Assembly: GCF_964204865.1 (NCBI RefSeq)
Contig: NC_135252.1
Span: 15,810,001-15,874,000, forward strand
Direction of reading: 5' to 3'
DNA: 64,000 nt
Source of the DNA: Styela clava
Taxonomy: Eukaryota
The number at the start of each line of letters is the position of its first letter. The first letter of the stretch is position 1. Position numbers and translations under genes: made by a program. A model generated the notes under the pieces. It made no database searches and was not told the DNA's origin. It saw nothing but the letters and a program-made list of their open reading frames with translations. Below, piece by piece: positions 26,387 through 45,519 of this stretch.

Positions 26387-27192
26387 TAGTGGTTGCAAAC
26401 CGCCGATCCGCGGGAAATTTCGTTTTGTTGATTTCTTACCGTCTCAATCGCTTTACCGAAGCCGAAAGGACGAAGTTACGTCGGTTTATTGCGAAATTTC
26501 TCTTCCGCCGCCATATTCGTGTTTGAAAAGTGCGGTAATAATGGCCCAGCGACGTCTTGATGCCGAGTTATCACATTTTTTTCCTTTTCGGTTCCGATTC
26601 ATCGCGAAAGCGCTCCGTCAAATCTGGCAAGATTCAGAAACCTGGAACTCAGCATGCGTGCTGTTTCCGCTCTGCATGCTTTTCTTGATTGATATTACCA
26701 TCCAAATAAAAGGTTATGAATATTTTTTTGTTTGAACCAGAAAACTGTCAAGAACAGTATAATATTCCAGGGCTTCACCATGACACCCAGCGAGATATGA
26801 ACTTGTTGCGACCCTGCTGGTGGTCACGAGACGCGTCACAAGAGCGGGGGCAACTGAGATATTTTCCGGGTGATGCACAGCGGGATTTTGAGCCGGGTGC
26901 CAAGTTAGCAACAACTTTATCATTGTAATACAAATTAATTTTGTTTGGGGCGTCGATCAACCTCAGAAGGATTGATATGATGAACCCGATAAAACCTCTA
27001 TACAGTCCAGATTTATAAAAGAATCATTGTCACAATTCATTCTTGAGCTCTCTTGATAACGAATACCAATCGCTGAGTAATCAAGCAATCAGACAGTTCA
27101 TCAGAATTTTCACCAGTTACTTCTAGCTTTAATTAAAACGAAGCAAATAAATTGACTGCGAGCCGATGCAGAGCTACGTGTTGCAAACCCTT
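26387..27192. mobile_element. Decayed non-autonomous hAT-like element
   Basis: Degenerate termini TAGTGGTTGCAA / TTGCAAACCCT; segment ~26410-26510 is clearly similar to ~57883-57985 inside the TSD-flanked element in the P450 intron. Confidence 0.5.
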
Positions 27193-27222
27193 TTTTTAAT
27201 GCCTCTTTGCCAATCCTGTATT

Positions 27223-27564
27223 GGATGAGATAGGATTTACATATTTAACCCGGGGGAGAGGAATGCCGATAAGACGGCTCAACCATATGGCGAACCACGG
27301 CCTCTCGTCCGGTTATCATTCCATGTCGGGTTACTCGGGTATGGGTTTATTCAGTTATTTGTTTTCGTTAGCATGGACTTGATGGTGAGAAGGCCATAAC
27401 CGATCAGCGGTCACGTGGACCACCCTACGGCGGCGAGGAGCCCAGCAATCCTCTCGAGATAATTATCCCCGCATGGGATTCGAACCTGCGAACCCGTGCA
27501 GAGTAATCAGAGATGCGGTGGTGAGCGTATTCCGAACGCTTAGCACGATGAGCCACACCGCCGC
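27223..27564 (-). mobile_element. Full-length tRNA-derived SINE (~340 bp)
   Basis: Minus-strand A-box-like TGGCTCATCGTG (27555-27544) and B-box GGTTCGAATCC (27486-27476), a unique body, and a 3' end shared with the copy at 22901-23056; head fragment also at ~36781. Confidence 0.8.
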
Positions 27565-27761
27565 GAAACAGTAGTGACAAGCAGTGGAAACGAAATAAAA
27601 TAGTAGCAAAATTCTCACTGGAGTTAATTGTGTTTGTACATGATCTGGCATGTACATGTTTTTTATGTGAGATGTGTGCCTTTTTACGCATAATGGGTTG
27701 TTATTGTTTTATGTTTCACCCATTTCCATTTTTAGCCGGCACATTATTTGGTAGTTATTTC

Positions 27762-28017
27762 GGTGCTCCCGAAGTATGCGAACCAAGATGGCGGACATCG
27801 GAACGTAACATGGGTAACAGGTTAGGGTTAGGCAATAGGGTTAGGCAATAATTTTTTTCCAATTTTCCTTATTTTAGTCCTATTATCAGTTCGAAGACTA
27901 GCCAAAAGCCTCCCGTAGTATTTATACCTAACGGCTAACATTATGGCCTAACCCTAACCTAGTACACATATTACATTCCGATGTCCGCCATCTTGGTTCG
28001 CATACTTCGGGAGCCCC
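27762..28017. mobile_element. Family A MITE, long form, GG termini and 8-bp TSD
   Basis: Long TIRs GGTGCTCCCGAAGTATGCGAACCAAGATGGCGGACATCGGAA / TTCCGATGTCCGCCATCTTGGTTCGCATACTTCGGGAGCCCC extending into GGTTAGGGTTAGG / CCTAACCCTAACC; perfect TSD GTTATTTC at 27754-27761 and 28018-28025. Confidence 0.9.
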
Positions 28018-28429
28018 GTTATTTCTCATGTGAAATGTTTTTAGGTGTATCTTTTTTTCTAAAAACATGGCGATTGTCCGACATCACGCAAATATATATA
28101 ATATGTTATTATTTTCTGTTCCACTTATTTCAATTTTTGCCGGTACGCGAGTACATTTTATTTAATTTTCCCGGTCAGCCAGGGTAGAAAGGATGGGAAC
28201 CACTGTGCTAGAGGGCCGAGAACAATTGGCACAAGATGGCGTTCATTGCCTCGCTTATACATACGCTTTGGCGCCGGCGGGCTCATCTCCACGTGAAAAA
28301 GCATCGTGATTCGTGACGCAACAGTCACGGTCGGTCCCATCATTGCGTAAGAAATGTTTCCCTAAGGAGCAGAAAACTAGCGCTTGTAGGCGACTTAAAA
28401 ATATTTTTAAAATTAGTTGGGATCATCGT

Positions 28430-28489
28430 ATAGTGTTTTGAACATTTTTCCGATTTTCATAGTGTTTTGAACATTTTTCCGATTTTCAT
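28430..28489. repeat. Perfect 29-bp tandem duplication
   Basis: ATAGTGTTTTGAACATTTTTCCGATTTTC present twice head to tail. Confidence 0.9.
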
Positions 28490-29663
28490 GGTATTAACGT
28501 TTAATTACTATTTGTATGCCCACCTATCAAGCATTGACACAACAGTCATACAAGAAGCGACCGCATACCTTCGACCAACAAAACAAATATCAACTAGCCA
28601 AAATATATTTTGAAAGTCTACCAAATCTCCTCCTGTCAGCTTTCGTATCAGATGTTGAATGCATTCAGAAAACGAGAAATAATGTAAAAGCATTAGGCCA
28701 AAAAAAAATGTAAAAGTCCGTAGAGTAGAACAATTGTACACCAAGTATTGCGCATACCGGTATATCATTTTCCATCTTTCTGTATATAACAGTTAAGCAT
28801 GGTGGATAAACAGTCAGTCCTCTCGCAAATGTAAATAAAGGAGAATATTTCACAGAATCAAAACCAGAGCTATGGTGCTTCTGTTGATGCGTCTCAATCC
28901 CAACTGTATCATCAATCAAACTTACCAATATGAATTCGGAGTCAAATTGAACAAATAGGTCAAAGATCCTCTCAGATAAAATTATGAGCAAGCTATTCCT
29001 AGTAGGAACAAAATATTAGATTCATATTGAAAAGAGCACCTCGTATTTTGAGTTAGATGAATAGAAAATTAAAGCATAAAAAGGTAACAACACAAATATA
29101 AAGCTAAGGTTATTTCAAATTCATTATGGAGACCATCTTGTATTTCATATTTATATACAGACACATGGCTGACATTTCTTTAAGGTATTGAAGGATGTGA
29201 AAGATTGATATTTCATCATAGATGGTTATTTCAGATTACACATCTCTTACAGATTGAATACCACTGCCCTAACAAGGGCAATAAACTCTGTTTATCTAAA
29301 TTTAGTTGAATATTGATTTATTAGTCGAGTATCTTAACTATGAGCCAAGTAATCAGTAATGAAGGAGAATATAATCATATGATCTACAATATTGAGCAGA
29401 TAACAGCCATGGTTTAACAAGGATTCATCAACTGTTTTAACAATATAAGAGCTAACCACCACGACACAAAAGTACAAATATGTTTGGCAACTGCATTAGT
29501 GAAACAAAATGGAATCATATCATGTAAAATAGTGAGATAAATCACATCACCACCCCCTGCGAAAAAAGATCTCGAAGTATTGTTAAATATCGCAATACTC
29601 AATTTTTCCATGGTTCGTGTTAGTATATTTTTGAGGTTTTTGGTGCTTTTTTTCAATTTTCTG

Positions 29664-36392
<6,729 letters not shown>

Positions 36393-37913
36393 AACAAAAC
36401 TATTAAACAGATCTACTGTCTGACTGTTGTAATGCAGTACCGTACAGCAAGCTGGGCTTATTAAAGTTTACAAAGTTCTGCCTACTATGGTCCAATTACG
36501 GAATTATTCATCAAAATTATCTTCTGTTAAAAATATGCGACACAGAAACAAGTCACAGAAGCCAGATTCCCGCGACACCGAGATATTTCAGTTGGCTTGG
36601 CTGATTTTCTAATTCCTACATACTTCCAATATCATGTCGGTGTGACGTCACGTCTTCTACCGCACACGATAATGCTTCAGCGTACCAATGAGCATATATA
36701 CATACATATACGGTACGAAATGAAGCATTATGATTTTGCCTTGTAATTAAATTAGATACGTGTATCTCTCTAAGGTAGGTTGGCGTATCGTGCTAAGCGT
36801 TGGGAACAAGCTTTTCATCTTTACATGATATGTTTACCAATTGATTTAACTTGGGCTACATTGTATGGAAGGACGTCCCTGTCCCACTTAGATACTTGTC
36901 GATCACGTTTCCATCTGCGTCAGCCCGGGCATTTGAAAAAATTAACTGAACAACTATTCCCATGACATATTTGGACTGGTAATCGCAAAGTGAAACTAGA
37001 CTGGCAGTGTGATTAAAAGGGAAAACAGACATCTCTTTTCTGGGATTTAGATAGTCAAATCTTTATCATAAGAGTAACTGGAATCATGTAACCTTGAGTC
37101 TACAAAAATTAGCCCTCATAAGCATATATGCACCCGTGCAATCTTCATCTTGAATATATCCCACTTTAAGACATATTTCGGTCTCAACTATTTTGTTTCA
37201 AATGTTTAATCGTAAATGTTTAATTCATGACGAAGATGAAATATCTGGTTAGATTGAGATATTTATTTTCGTCGTGCAACAAACATCAATGGGTTTCAAT
37301 GTTTCAACTGCAATGGACAAGGTGTCGCGAAAAGACTATCAAAGTCATCGGTCAACGACACCATTTTCCAGCAGCAGATGACGTCAAATATTTACGAAAG
37401 TATATTGACATAAATAAATACAACACAATTTGGGAACCAAAATTCAAGAGAAACGATTGATTCTATGAGAGAAAACAAAAAAGATTGACGAAATATGTCA
37501 ATTTTGAGCTCTATCGCCAATAGATACTATAGCATGGACTTGGACCGGTTATATGAACTACGAAACAATTCTTTCGCACATCATTATCTCCCACAGCATT
37601 CGATTTCGAACATAAAAACCCACATAGCCATGACGAGTGTATTCATAACCTCACGCAAATCGGCAAGCTTGAAGTTGTTCACGGCCGAATAAATTGGCTT
37701 TTTCCCTGTTCTACGCCTCCCCTCGAATTCACTCGGGGCTAGTTGGGAGTGGGAGTGGTGATTCCTCTAAGGCTCATGGCCCTTCAAGTTGTGTAAAGGG
37801 AGTGATCCCCCCCCCCCTAATTTTGAGGTGCGATTCAACACTGTAATTCCTAACTCAAGTTCCTAACTCCTGTATTCAAACATAACGACTATGACATATT
37901 CATCAGTGTAGAT

Positions 37914-38345
37914 GAGGGGTTCCAACCCGCAGTGTGCGGGCCAATTACGGCTCGCGTAACGATTTAAAATGGCCCGTCGAACTTGAGTGAAATAGTTTTA
38001 ACACTTCACGTGATACCTTTTGAGTTTTAGATATCGTCTATCGTTACATCATTATCACAGTTTAAGCACGTTTATTTCGTAACAATTGAATTATACCGAT
38101 ATCTTATGTATAAGTATGGGTATTGGGATTACCCACTGCAGTATTTTAGATATCAGCCGTATATTAAGAAAGTTTAAAGATGTCACAAAACGAAAACTAG
38201 GCACTGAAAACAGACGTTTTTCATGTGGATGCCAGCGTTTTCATTTCCTTATTGAAAAGAATCAAACTTCAGCGATTTGTCTTCCTTGCCAACAAAATAT
38301 TTCAGTTCTGAAGGAATACAACATTATGCGCCATTATGATCAGTT
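37914..38345 (+). mobile_element. hAT transposase 5' remnant (SPIN/GTF2IRD2-type N-terminus)
   Basis: Translation KRKLGTENRRF...AICLPCQQNISVLKEYNIMRHY matches the KRK...CLIC...SV.KEYN..RHY zinc-binding start of SPIN/Charlie-type transposases, downstream of a degenerate GAGGGGTTCCAAC terminus with GGCCC motifs; truncated. Confidence 0.8.
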
Positions 38346-39978
38346 GACGCGCGTATTTCAAAATTTAATTCATTGTGCCTAAGCGCCCCGAACCCAAGCC
38401 GTATCGTCGCGCACTTTTCCTTGCTCCCTTTTTCGGGCCTTACAATTTTATTCCGTGGGTATTTTGGCTCGCTGTCAATCAACTTGGGGGACCCCCTCGT
38501 GTACATCATTTCTTAAATACATACCAATTTTTCAAGAATACAAATAGTTTTATCGCTAATAGCAAATAATTTACCACCCCCCTGTTTTCGAAATAACCCC
38601 CCCCCCCCCCTAAAATGAAAAGCTGGGGAACATACTGTGTGAAGGGACTATTCACTTGGCTAACACAGTCAGTCCCCGAACTCATAATAGAACTATAATG
38701 TGAAAAATCTGAACAAAATTTGGTCATAACCCTAACCTGGTACACATACTACAGGAGTATCCTTTTCTGTTGCTTGGTATTTTGCTTTATTTTTATATGA
38801 AGGCTTATCGTAAGAAAAAAATTTGGTGGCATCCCGCGATTTTTTCGGTTCAAATAATGACAATTTCGTAAAAATTGAAAATTTTGGTAAGATAATTGAA
38901 TTTTTTCCTTACGGGGTCGCGGCCCATAGCTTGATGGGCCACGGCCCATGTGGCCAAATCAGATGGGCCGTGGCCCCGGACCAGGGCCGTAGAAGAGTCA
39001 CCAGTAGCTAGGCAGTTCCGGATTTCTTGTTGAGGGTCGCGAACTTTCACGGCAAATATCCCATATGCACAATGACCAGTCGTCGATGTGGAAACAGAAG
39101 TGTGAATGAGCAAGGTGTGCGAAAACCTGGCAGCGCATCAAAATCCTCTATTTTTGGAAATGCAATGTATGACTGAAGAATGACAAACGTATTCTCAACA
39201 AGTATGTATCCACAAATCTTGTCTCACCACACATAGAATGACACTTTAATCTTCACTCCCCACATTTCCAGTACTAAATGGAAAAATGCCAGCATGCAAC
39301 TTTACAATACTGTTCCAAACAACCTATCCCCATATAACTAAGATGTTTTTTTTTTATTTTCAACTTCACTAAAAACACAACTGTTAATAAAATGCGAACT
39401 CATAAGGTCATGTACAATCTAAAGTTAACGATATTACTGAAACAGTATTATGGAGTTGGGCAGTAAAGTTTAATAGGTGAAACAAACCAAAAGAAAAACA
39501 ATTTTAACAAGAGTATGTGGGGACAGGGATTCGTTTTCTACCTAACAAATATAATATACATTCTGGGGGTGAAAGTTCAAGCCACCTGTCAAGAATGAAT
39601 AAAACTTGAGAAACTAGTTATTTTCAACAAATAACTTTTAAAAAAAATAAAAAATATTTCAGTTTAAAAATCGATATATCCAGCAATCGACATCCAGTGA
39701 GGAAAAAATTAATTGTCAAATTAACAAACTAAATTGCGCAAATTTTTCTATTTTACATGGCTCAATGCTAAACATATTCAATTATTGAAACGGTAAAAAA
39801 TAATACAGAATTCGTTCGAAATCACAAATAATTCGAGTTCCAACACCCCTGACAAGTGATCCAGTATATCACCTGTGTAAGCACCTAATTTAATTACAAA
39901 TGAACCAGAATAGTTTACAGAAATTGCACCATTCTCAATGCTAAATACATGCTCAAAACAATGTTGACTTTGTACGTA

Positions 39979-42900
39979 TTAAGGAGAGAATGCTGGTGGT
40001 GGACCAGATGCAGAAAAATTGAAAGTAGTTGGCACATTAGTGGTGTTAAATTGATAACCTCCAGTCTTTTCGATTTTTTTAGACTCTGCCTCTGCTTGCC
40101 GCTGGTCCGCAGTTGTGAAAACTTCCTGAAGGTTCTTCCTTTGATCGTCAGTCAAACCAGAAACAAGCTGATTATACCATCCATTGTTATTTAATTCCAA
40201 TTGTTTTAAGACTTGCTTGAAAATGAAATATTCACTGCCAACATTATCTTCATCATCAAAAGAAGATGCGTAAATTTCAAGCGGCGTCTCTCCATCACTG
40301 ATATCACTGTCGCCATCAATACCATTTAAAGAACTCTTCTCCAGCATTTCTAAGTATTCAGCAGACTCTTCATCAACCTCATCCTCGCTTGATTCAAGCT
40401 CCTCACGTTCATGATCACTCTCATCTTCTTCCTCATCAGAATTCGAGCTTTCACTGCTGTTCTCTTCCCCTCTACTTCTGTAAGCTTGAGTCAGTCCTTG
40501 CAACATTAAGATTAAAGAAGGTAAAATGTCTGGTGCAAGTTCAGATATGATTTTTGGTCGTTCCGCAGAATCAATCACAGTACATAGGCCAAGTACAGAT
40601 ATCCGTCTATCATGAATTCCGAGAAAGCAATCTGCATCTTTAAGCCACTGGCGAAAAAATTGCTCAGTAACAGTTTCCGTTGTGTTTGGGAACTGCATGC
40701 TTTCCAATGTTTGAAAAAGTAAGGTGGGATTGTAATAAAGGGCAGCAATTACAACTTGAAGGCACATGGTTCGAAGTTCACTTGTTTTCACTTCTTTGGT
40801 GAGTCTTTCAAGAGCAAGCTGAACAAATGAAGGGATGCACTGGTCAATTTTTCCATGGCATTGCAAAATGATTACTTCCAGAAGTTTTACAGCATGACTT
40901 TCTGCATCTTCTCCATTTTGTTCTTCAAGAATTTTTTTGCACATTTCAAATACTGTTTCCATATTTTTTGTGTTTGACAAAAATACATCTGTATCAACAG
41001 TGCAAAAGTTGTGCACGACAGGCATCATTTCGGAGAAATAATCAAAGCCGTCATCGTCGAAAATAACTTTAATCAATGGCAATGCCTCCCACATTTGTGG
41101 TGAAATTGCTTGGCAAGTTAAAGAATACATTAACGATAAGATTTCTTCATAAAAATCCATAATTCTATTCTTCAAAACATGGGCAACCACAGGAACAACA
41201 ATACTTTCTAATTGTACTGTAATATCTCTTTGTTCCTCCATTGTATCCAAAACTGTTTCAATTGTACTTAACACTCCCATAGCAGCCACTGATCTGTTGT
41301 CAGATGCCTCATCGTCATCATCTCCAGTACCATTGATTTGTCCATTTTCATCCGTTAATAGTTTGAAAAACGTCATCACCAAACTCTGTGTTATGTCTAC
41401 TGCATATGGTATCACTTGCTCGCAATAAAGACAAATAATTTTATGCACAACTGAAGTCAACTCATCATTCTCTGTTTCATGCACAAGTTGAAGTAAACTC
41501 TGAATCATGACATTGATATAAGGTTCACAACGCTTCTCAGCTTTTTCCTTGTGCAACAGTAGAGTCTGAAGAGCAAAAGCAGCCTCAACTCGAACTGGAA
41601 GTTCAGGGTCATCAATAAGAAGTGTACGTATTCCATCAGCCACTGCAAATATATTCGAATCCTTTTTGAATGTGATTCGGCTGAAATGCTGAGTGACCCA
41701 TACGGCTCTTGCTCTCATGTATCCAAGTGTACTCTTGTATTCTGGAATAACATGGGTAAAAAGCATGCTTTCTAGTTGACTTTTGTATACTTTTCTTTTT
41801 CTTAGGGTTGATGATAAAGATCCAATAATATGCAAAGCTCCTTCCTTGCGACGAGGTTCCGTTTTTGTTTCATTGGCAACCAGAACTTTATGACAAAAAC
41901 CCATTGTTTTTTGCACAACTTGCTTTCTTTTAGTACAAGCGGACTGCAAGAAACACTGAGCTGCACTCGATGGAGAAAAGAAATCTTCCTTGAAATCAAA
42001 TCTTTCACGAACAAACTCATGTGGGTCATCGCTCCACAATTCTTCGTCTTTTTCTGAGAAACACATCAGAGGAAATATTACATCTTTCAAAACTTCGTCA
42101 TAAACTCCTTTCATGACTTTCCAAGTTTGAGAATGGCTAACTCCTTGTTCCAAAAATTGCATTGTCTGTTGTAAGACGCGAGGTGATACATATTTTCCCT
42201 TGCTGTAATCACCCAATACTTTCAGAAGAACATGAGTTGCTCCGACAGCGTACCTTCGCAAGAAAAATTCAGAAAATTGATTATATTCTTGACTAACAGT
42301 CCCAGGACTACCATATCTTTCAAAAACTCTGGTTAAAATATGCAGAGCCCACTTTTTACATTTCCACCATGGTAAATCGGGTCTCTCTAATTCATCCACT
42401 TGTAGAGTTTCTTCAGGTGGTGCCTCTTCAATCACAATTTGAATGTATTTCATCCAGGTATCCAAAACTGCACCTTCAATCAATTTGAGAGGCAGAGAAT
42501 ACTGTGTAAGAGCGTAAATCACTTTCAAACACTGCTTTTGAATAAGCACAGACTGAGCAGACCCATCATTGAGTGCATGCTGAAAAAGTTGTCCCAGAGC
42601 GGGTAGAAATATTTTCATTGCTTCCAATAATGGTACCCTCTCTTCTCGTTTCTTGTACTCATATTTTTTAACCAATTGATACAAGGTCTGCAAAGCTCCC
42701 ATCCATGTATTTGGATCACCTCCCAAGTAGTTGGCAATCTTGTCTATGATTCCTGGCCATCGCTCTGGAAAGTCTTCCCTAATGATTTGATAAACAGTGA
42801 CGCTCATTTGACTTCTGATAACTTCAGGAGCATGTATAATGGCCTCGACAATATTCTCTCTTATAATTGCTTTATCATTTTCATGAATGAAAAAGACATC

Positions 42901-43134
42901 GGTAGATTCGTCATCTTCTGGGTCCTTTCTCCACCACTTGGTACACATATTTTTCATATAAATCGCACCAGCTTGCCTGACTGCCATTGGTATTTCTTCA
43001 GACATTACAATTTGCAATAGAAGAGGAGCAAATCCACTGATCTTGTGCATTTCATCTAGTTTGCTTTCTGCCTCTTGTCGAAGTGCTGGATGCATTGTCC
43101 CTTCAAGGATCTCAACAACTTTTTTTGGATCCAT
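39979..43134 (-). CDS. IPO7: Importin-7 (single-exon CDS, 1051 aa)
   Basis: Continuous ORF from ATG 43134 (MDPKKVVEILEGT). Contains an importin-beta N-terminal domain (VRQAGAIYMKN), WWKCKKWALHILTRVFERYGSPG, GYMRARAVWV, FLGIHDRR, an acidic loop and C-terminal IEKTGGYQF...FNF, all characteristic of importin-7/8. Confidence 0.96.
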   Translation of the reverse strand: MDPKKVVEILEGTMHPALRQEAESKLDEMHKISGFAPLLLQIVMSEEIPMAVRQAGAIYMKNMCTKWWRKDPEDDESTDVFFIHENDKAIIRENIVEAIIHAPEVIRSQMSVTVYQIIREDFPERWPGIIDKIANYLGGDPNTWMGALQTLYQLVKKYEYKKREERVPLLEAMKIFLPALGQLFQHALNDGSAQSVLIQKQCLKVIYALTQYSLPLKLIEGAVLDTWMKYIQIVIEEAPPEETLQVDELERPDLPWWKCKKWALHILTRVFERYGSPGTVSQEYNQFSEFFLRRYAVGATHVLLKVLGDYSKGKYVSPRVLQQTMQFLEQGVSHSQTWKVMKGVYDEVLKDVIFPLMCFSEKDEELWSDDPHEFVRERFDFKEDFFSPSSAAQCFLQSACTKRKQVVQKTMGFCHKVLVANETKTEPRRKEGALHIIGSLSSTLRKRKVYKSQLESMLFTHVIPEYKSTLGYMRARAVWVTQHFSRITFKKDSNIFAVADGIRTLLIDDPELPVRVEAAFALQTLLLHKEKAEKRCEPYINVMIQSLLQLVHETENDELTSVVHKIICLYCEQVIPYAVDITQSLVMTFFKLLTDENGQINGTGDDDDEASDNRSVAAMGVLSTIETVLDTMEEQRDITVQLESIVVPVVAHVLKNRIMDFYEEILSLMYSLTCQAISPQMWEALPLIKVIFDDDGFDYFSEMMPVVHNFCTVDTDVFLSNTKNMETVFEMCKKILEEQNGEDAESHAVKLLEVIILQCHGKIDQCIPSFVQLALERLTKEVKTSELRTMCLQVVIAALYYNPTLLFQTLESMQFPNTTETVTEQFFRQWLKDADCFLGIHDRRISVLGLCTVIDSAERPKIISELAPDILPSLILMLQGLTQAYRSRGEENSSESSNSDEEEDESDHEREELESSEDEVDEESAEYLEMLEKSSLNGIDGDSDISDGETPLEIYASSFDDEDNVGSEYFIFKQVLKQLELNNNGWYNQLVSGLTDDQRKNLQEVFTTADQRQAEAESKKIEKTGGYQFNTTNVPTTFNFSASGPPPAFSP

Positions 43135-45519
43135 GACTATTGTGGTTTTGAGTTTTAAACCATACAAAACAGAATTTCAATTTTTTCTCCCTTTCTCAGG
43201 TAAATAAAAGTCAAAACTATTTTGTTAATATTGTAGTTGATAATAGCTGAAATTAAAACGTAGAATAATTTTAGATATGATGTGAGATTGCCTAAGTAAT
43301 ATGAAATTAGGGATTAAAATAAATTTTGGCATTTGAAATAAAAAAAAATTTATGGACCTATAGTAAGTCTGAGGGAAATCTTTATTAATATCTAAAAATG
43401 TAAAAAGGTTCCATATAAATTAACAGAAATACAATAAAATACAGTTTAATATAGATTTCAGATCATATGAATATTCTCAACAACATATGTGTATTCAGAC
43501 CATATTATTCCAAGGAATCTCCGAAAAAAGTATGATACAATTACATCTAGCATTGGCAATTTTTCTTCCTTCAGTAAATCGAATTTTTTTTTTTGAAGAA
43601 TCCAATGGTGACATTTTAGATTGCGCTTCCTTTTAGTTTGTTTCGCAGTTCTGGTCTGCTGATTTTTGCCGGTATGGAGGGCCAGACTGTCTCGTAAAGG
43701 AGAAATTTGCAATCACTGTTATAATTATGTAGCCTAATTCAGGTCTTTTAATGAAGGGGCTATTCTTGAAATCGGAAAACTGTGTTGTATTAAAATTATA
43801 GAAGAGAAAATAAACACAGAAAACGCTAAGTGATGCTAACAAGAAACAAGGTACCATACAGCTACCGTAATGTACAATGACAGATTGGATATTTTGCTCA
43901 TATAGGCCTATTTATTTGTAGTTGGCCGGTCACAATACAGCAATAATTTTGTAAATCCAGTTAAACAGACACTGAGACATGATGTAAATGTGACAATAAC
44001 TAAATTCACATTACTGCATTAGCCTACCATGTTCCCGGTATCACACTATTTTTATGCTCTAGAATGCAGGAATGAGATTAGGCTAATTTTGCTAATTTCA
44101 ATGCACCATTCAATTTCAGTGCACCATTCATCCAATAAAAACTGAAAAGACATGAAAGATAGATACAAAATTCCGCAATTGAACCTTTTTTTTTCGGAAT
44201 CTAGAAATCAGTACGCTACATGTAACTTATTGATTCTTTTGTTCTTTCGTTGCACAACCTGACACAGCTGCACAGTGACAACTGATCAGTCCAAAATCTG
44301 CAAATTAATTTTGACAATTTACAGATTTAGCAGGTCTGCAGGTGTTCTAAAATATAAAGGCACAGTACTGTCAATTATTCTTTGTTCAACCCTATTATGT
44401 TTATTTATTTTATCAGCAGCAGCGCTGCAATATTAGAATACCTAATTCTACAGTAGTTCTATCTAACATTAAATATTCCTGTAATCAGACAACGAAAGAC
44501 AAAAACGAGTTCATAATTTCTACGCGCGGAAACATTTCATGATAGTCATGTTTTCTCACGTGTAATTCCACGCGGAAAAATGAACTTGATTAGCGCAAAT
44601 ACAGTGAAGAGAACCAAAAGTATCAAGCATTTAAGTGCAATATTTGATAAAAACTGTTCCCGGCAACTCACAATAAGAACTTATACATAATGCCCTTCAA
44701 CCTCTTAGGTATTGCGCAGGATTTTTATCGCTCGCATACTACAAAATAAGTATAGCCTCACTTGCAAGTGTCGCGGACCATAGCGTCCGCTTTTGTATTG
44801 TGCGTATATATATTTTTATGTTTATAGACAGTTATGTTGACCCTTGTTTAATGCTGTTTTGTCGGATCTGAACTCCGACCACTCACTACACGTGAGAGGA
44901 AAACTATATCTTTCGACCTTTCTTCTCCGGCTGCCGCGCCGGCAGTCGGTCCTGTTCCCAGTTCTCTGGTGATGTTTTGTTTAGTCTGTTTGGCTGCTAT
45001 ATGCTTTGGAGTTGCCGTACAATAAACAACCAATCCGGAATCCTTGAGTCTTCTGATTCATCTACAACCACGGTAGCAACACCTTCAGGCCGTGACACAA
45101 GCATGATAGTGTTAGCACGATTTATGTTCATATTTCGGCATCCTTGATATTAAGAAAGCCAATCAAATCAAAACGCATTCGTATTTGAGTCAAAAAATAT
45201 ATATTTTAGGAATTCAATGTCTATCTATGACTAGGTATAGGTTGGAAATAAAAAGTATTTTAATTTACATTTCCGTGTTTACCCGAAAATAAGACCGAGC
45301 TTGAATTTTAAAAATGACTTTAATATAAGCCCTTCCCTTAAAATAAGACCTTGTCGATGGTTATTTATAAGAAAAATGGATATCGGTTTTCATATTTTGT
45401 ATATATCAAAAATTTCGTAATTCTCCACTTTGTAATTTCGTATTTGACGAATGAAAATAAAAGACATTCTTCCAAAATGAGCTCTAGTGTTATTTTTCGA
45501 AAGAAAATTAAAATAAGAC

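Noticed and set aside
27476-27564. Possible tRNA gene
   Set aside because: A and B boxes are present but I cannot fold a cloverleaf, and the sequence continues into a multi-copy SINE body.
27828-27960. Interstitial telomere or CRISPR-like array
   Set aside because: Only 2-3 hexamers inside MITE arms; no repeat-spacer array anywhere in this eukaryotic window.
28508-28991. Overlapping minus-strand ORFs (108 and 86 aa) downstream of CDK8
   Set aside because: No motifs or splice support; consistent with chance ORFs in AT-rich 3' UTR or intergenic DNA.
41802-43020. Short ORFs overlapping importin-7 on either strand
   Set aside because: Shadow frames of a long conserved CDS.
43135-43167. 11-codon N-terminal extension of importin-7 in the ORF track
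   Set aside because: Begins at TTG; homology to importin-7 starts at MDP (ATG 43134).
44848-45130. GC-richer island with short ORFs on both strands (one ending in a GPI-signal-like hydrophobic tail)
   Set aside because: Frames are interrupted by stops and lack splice or start support; could be regulatory or UTR sequence upstream of importin-7.
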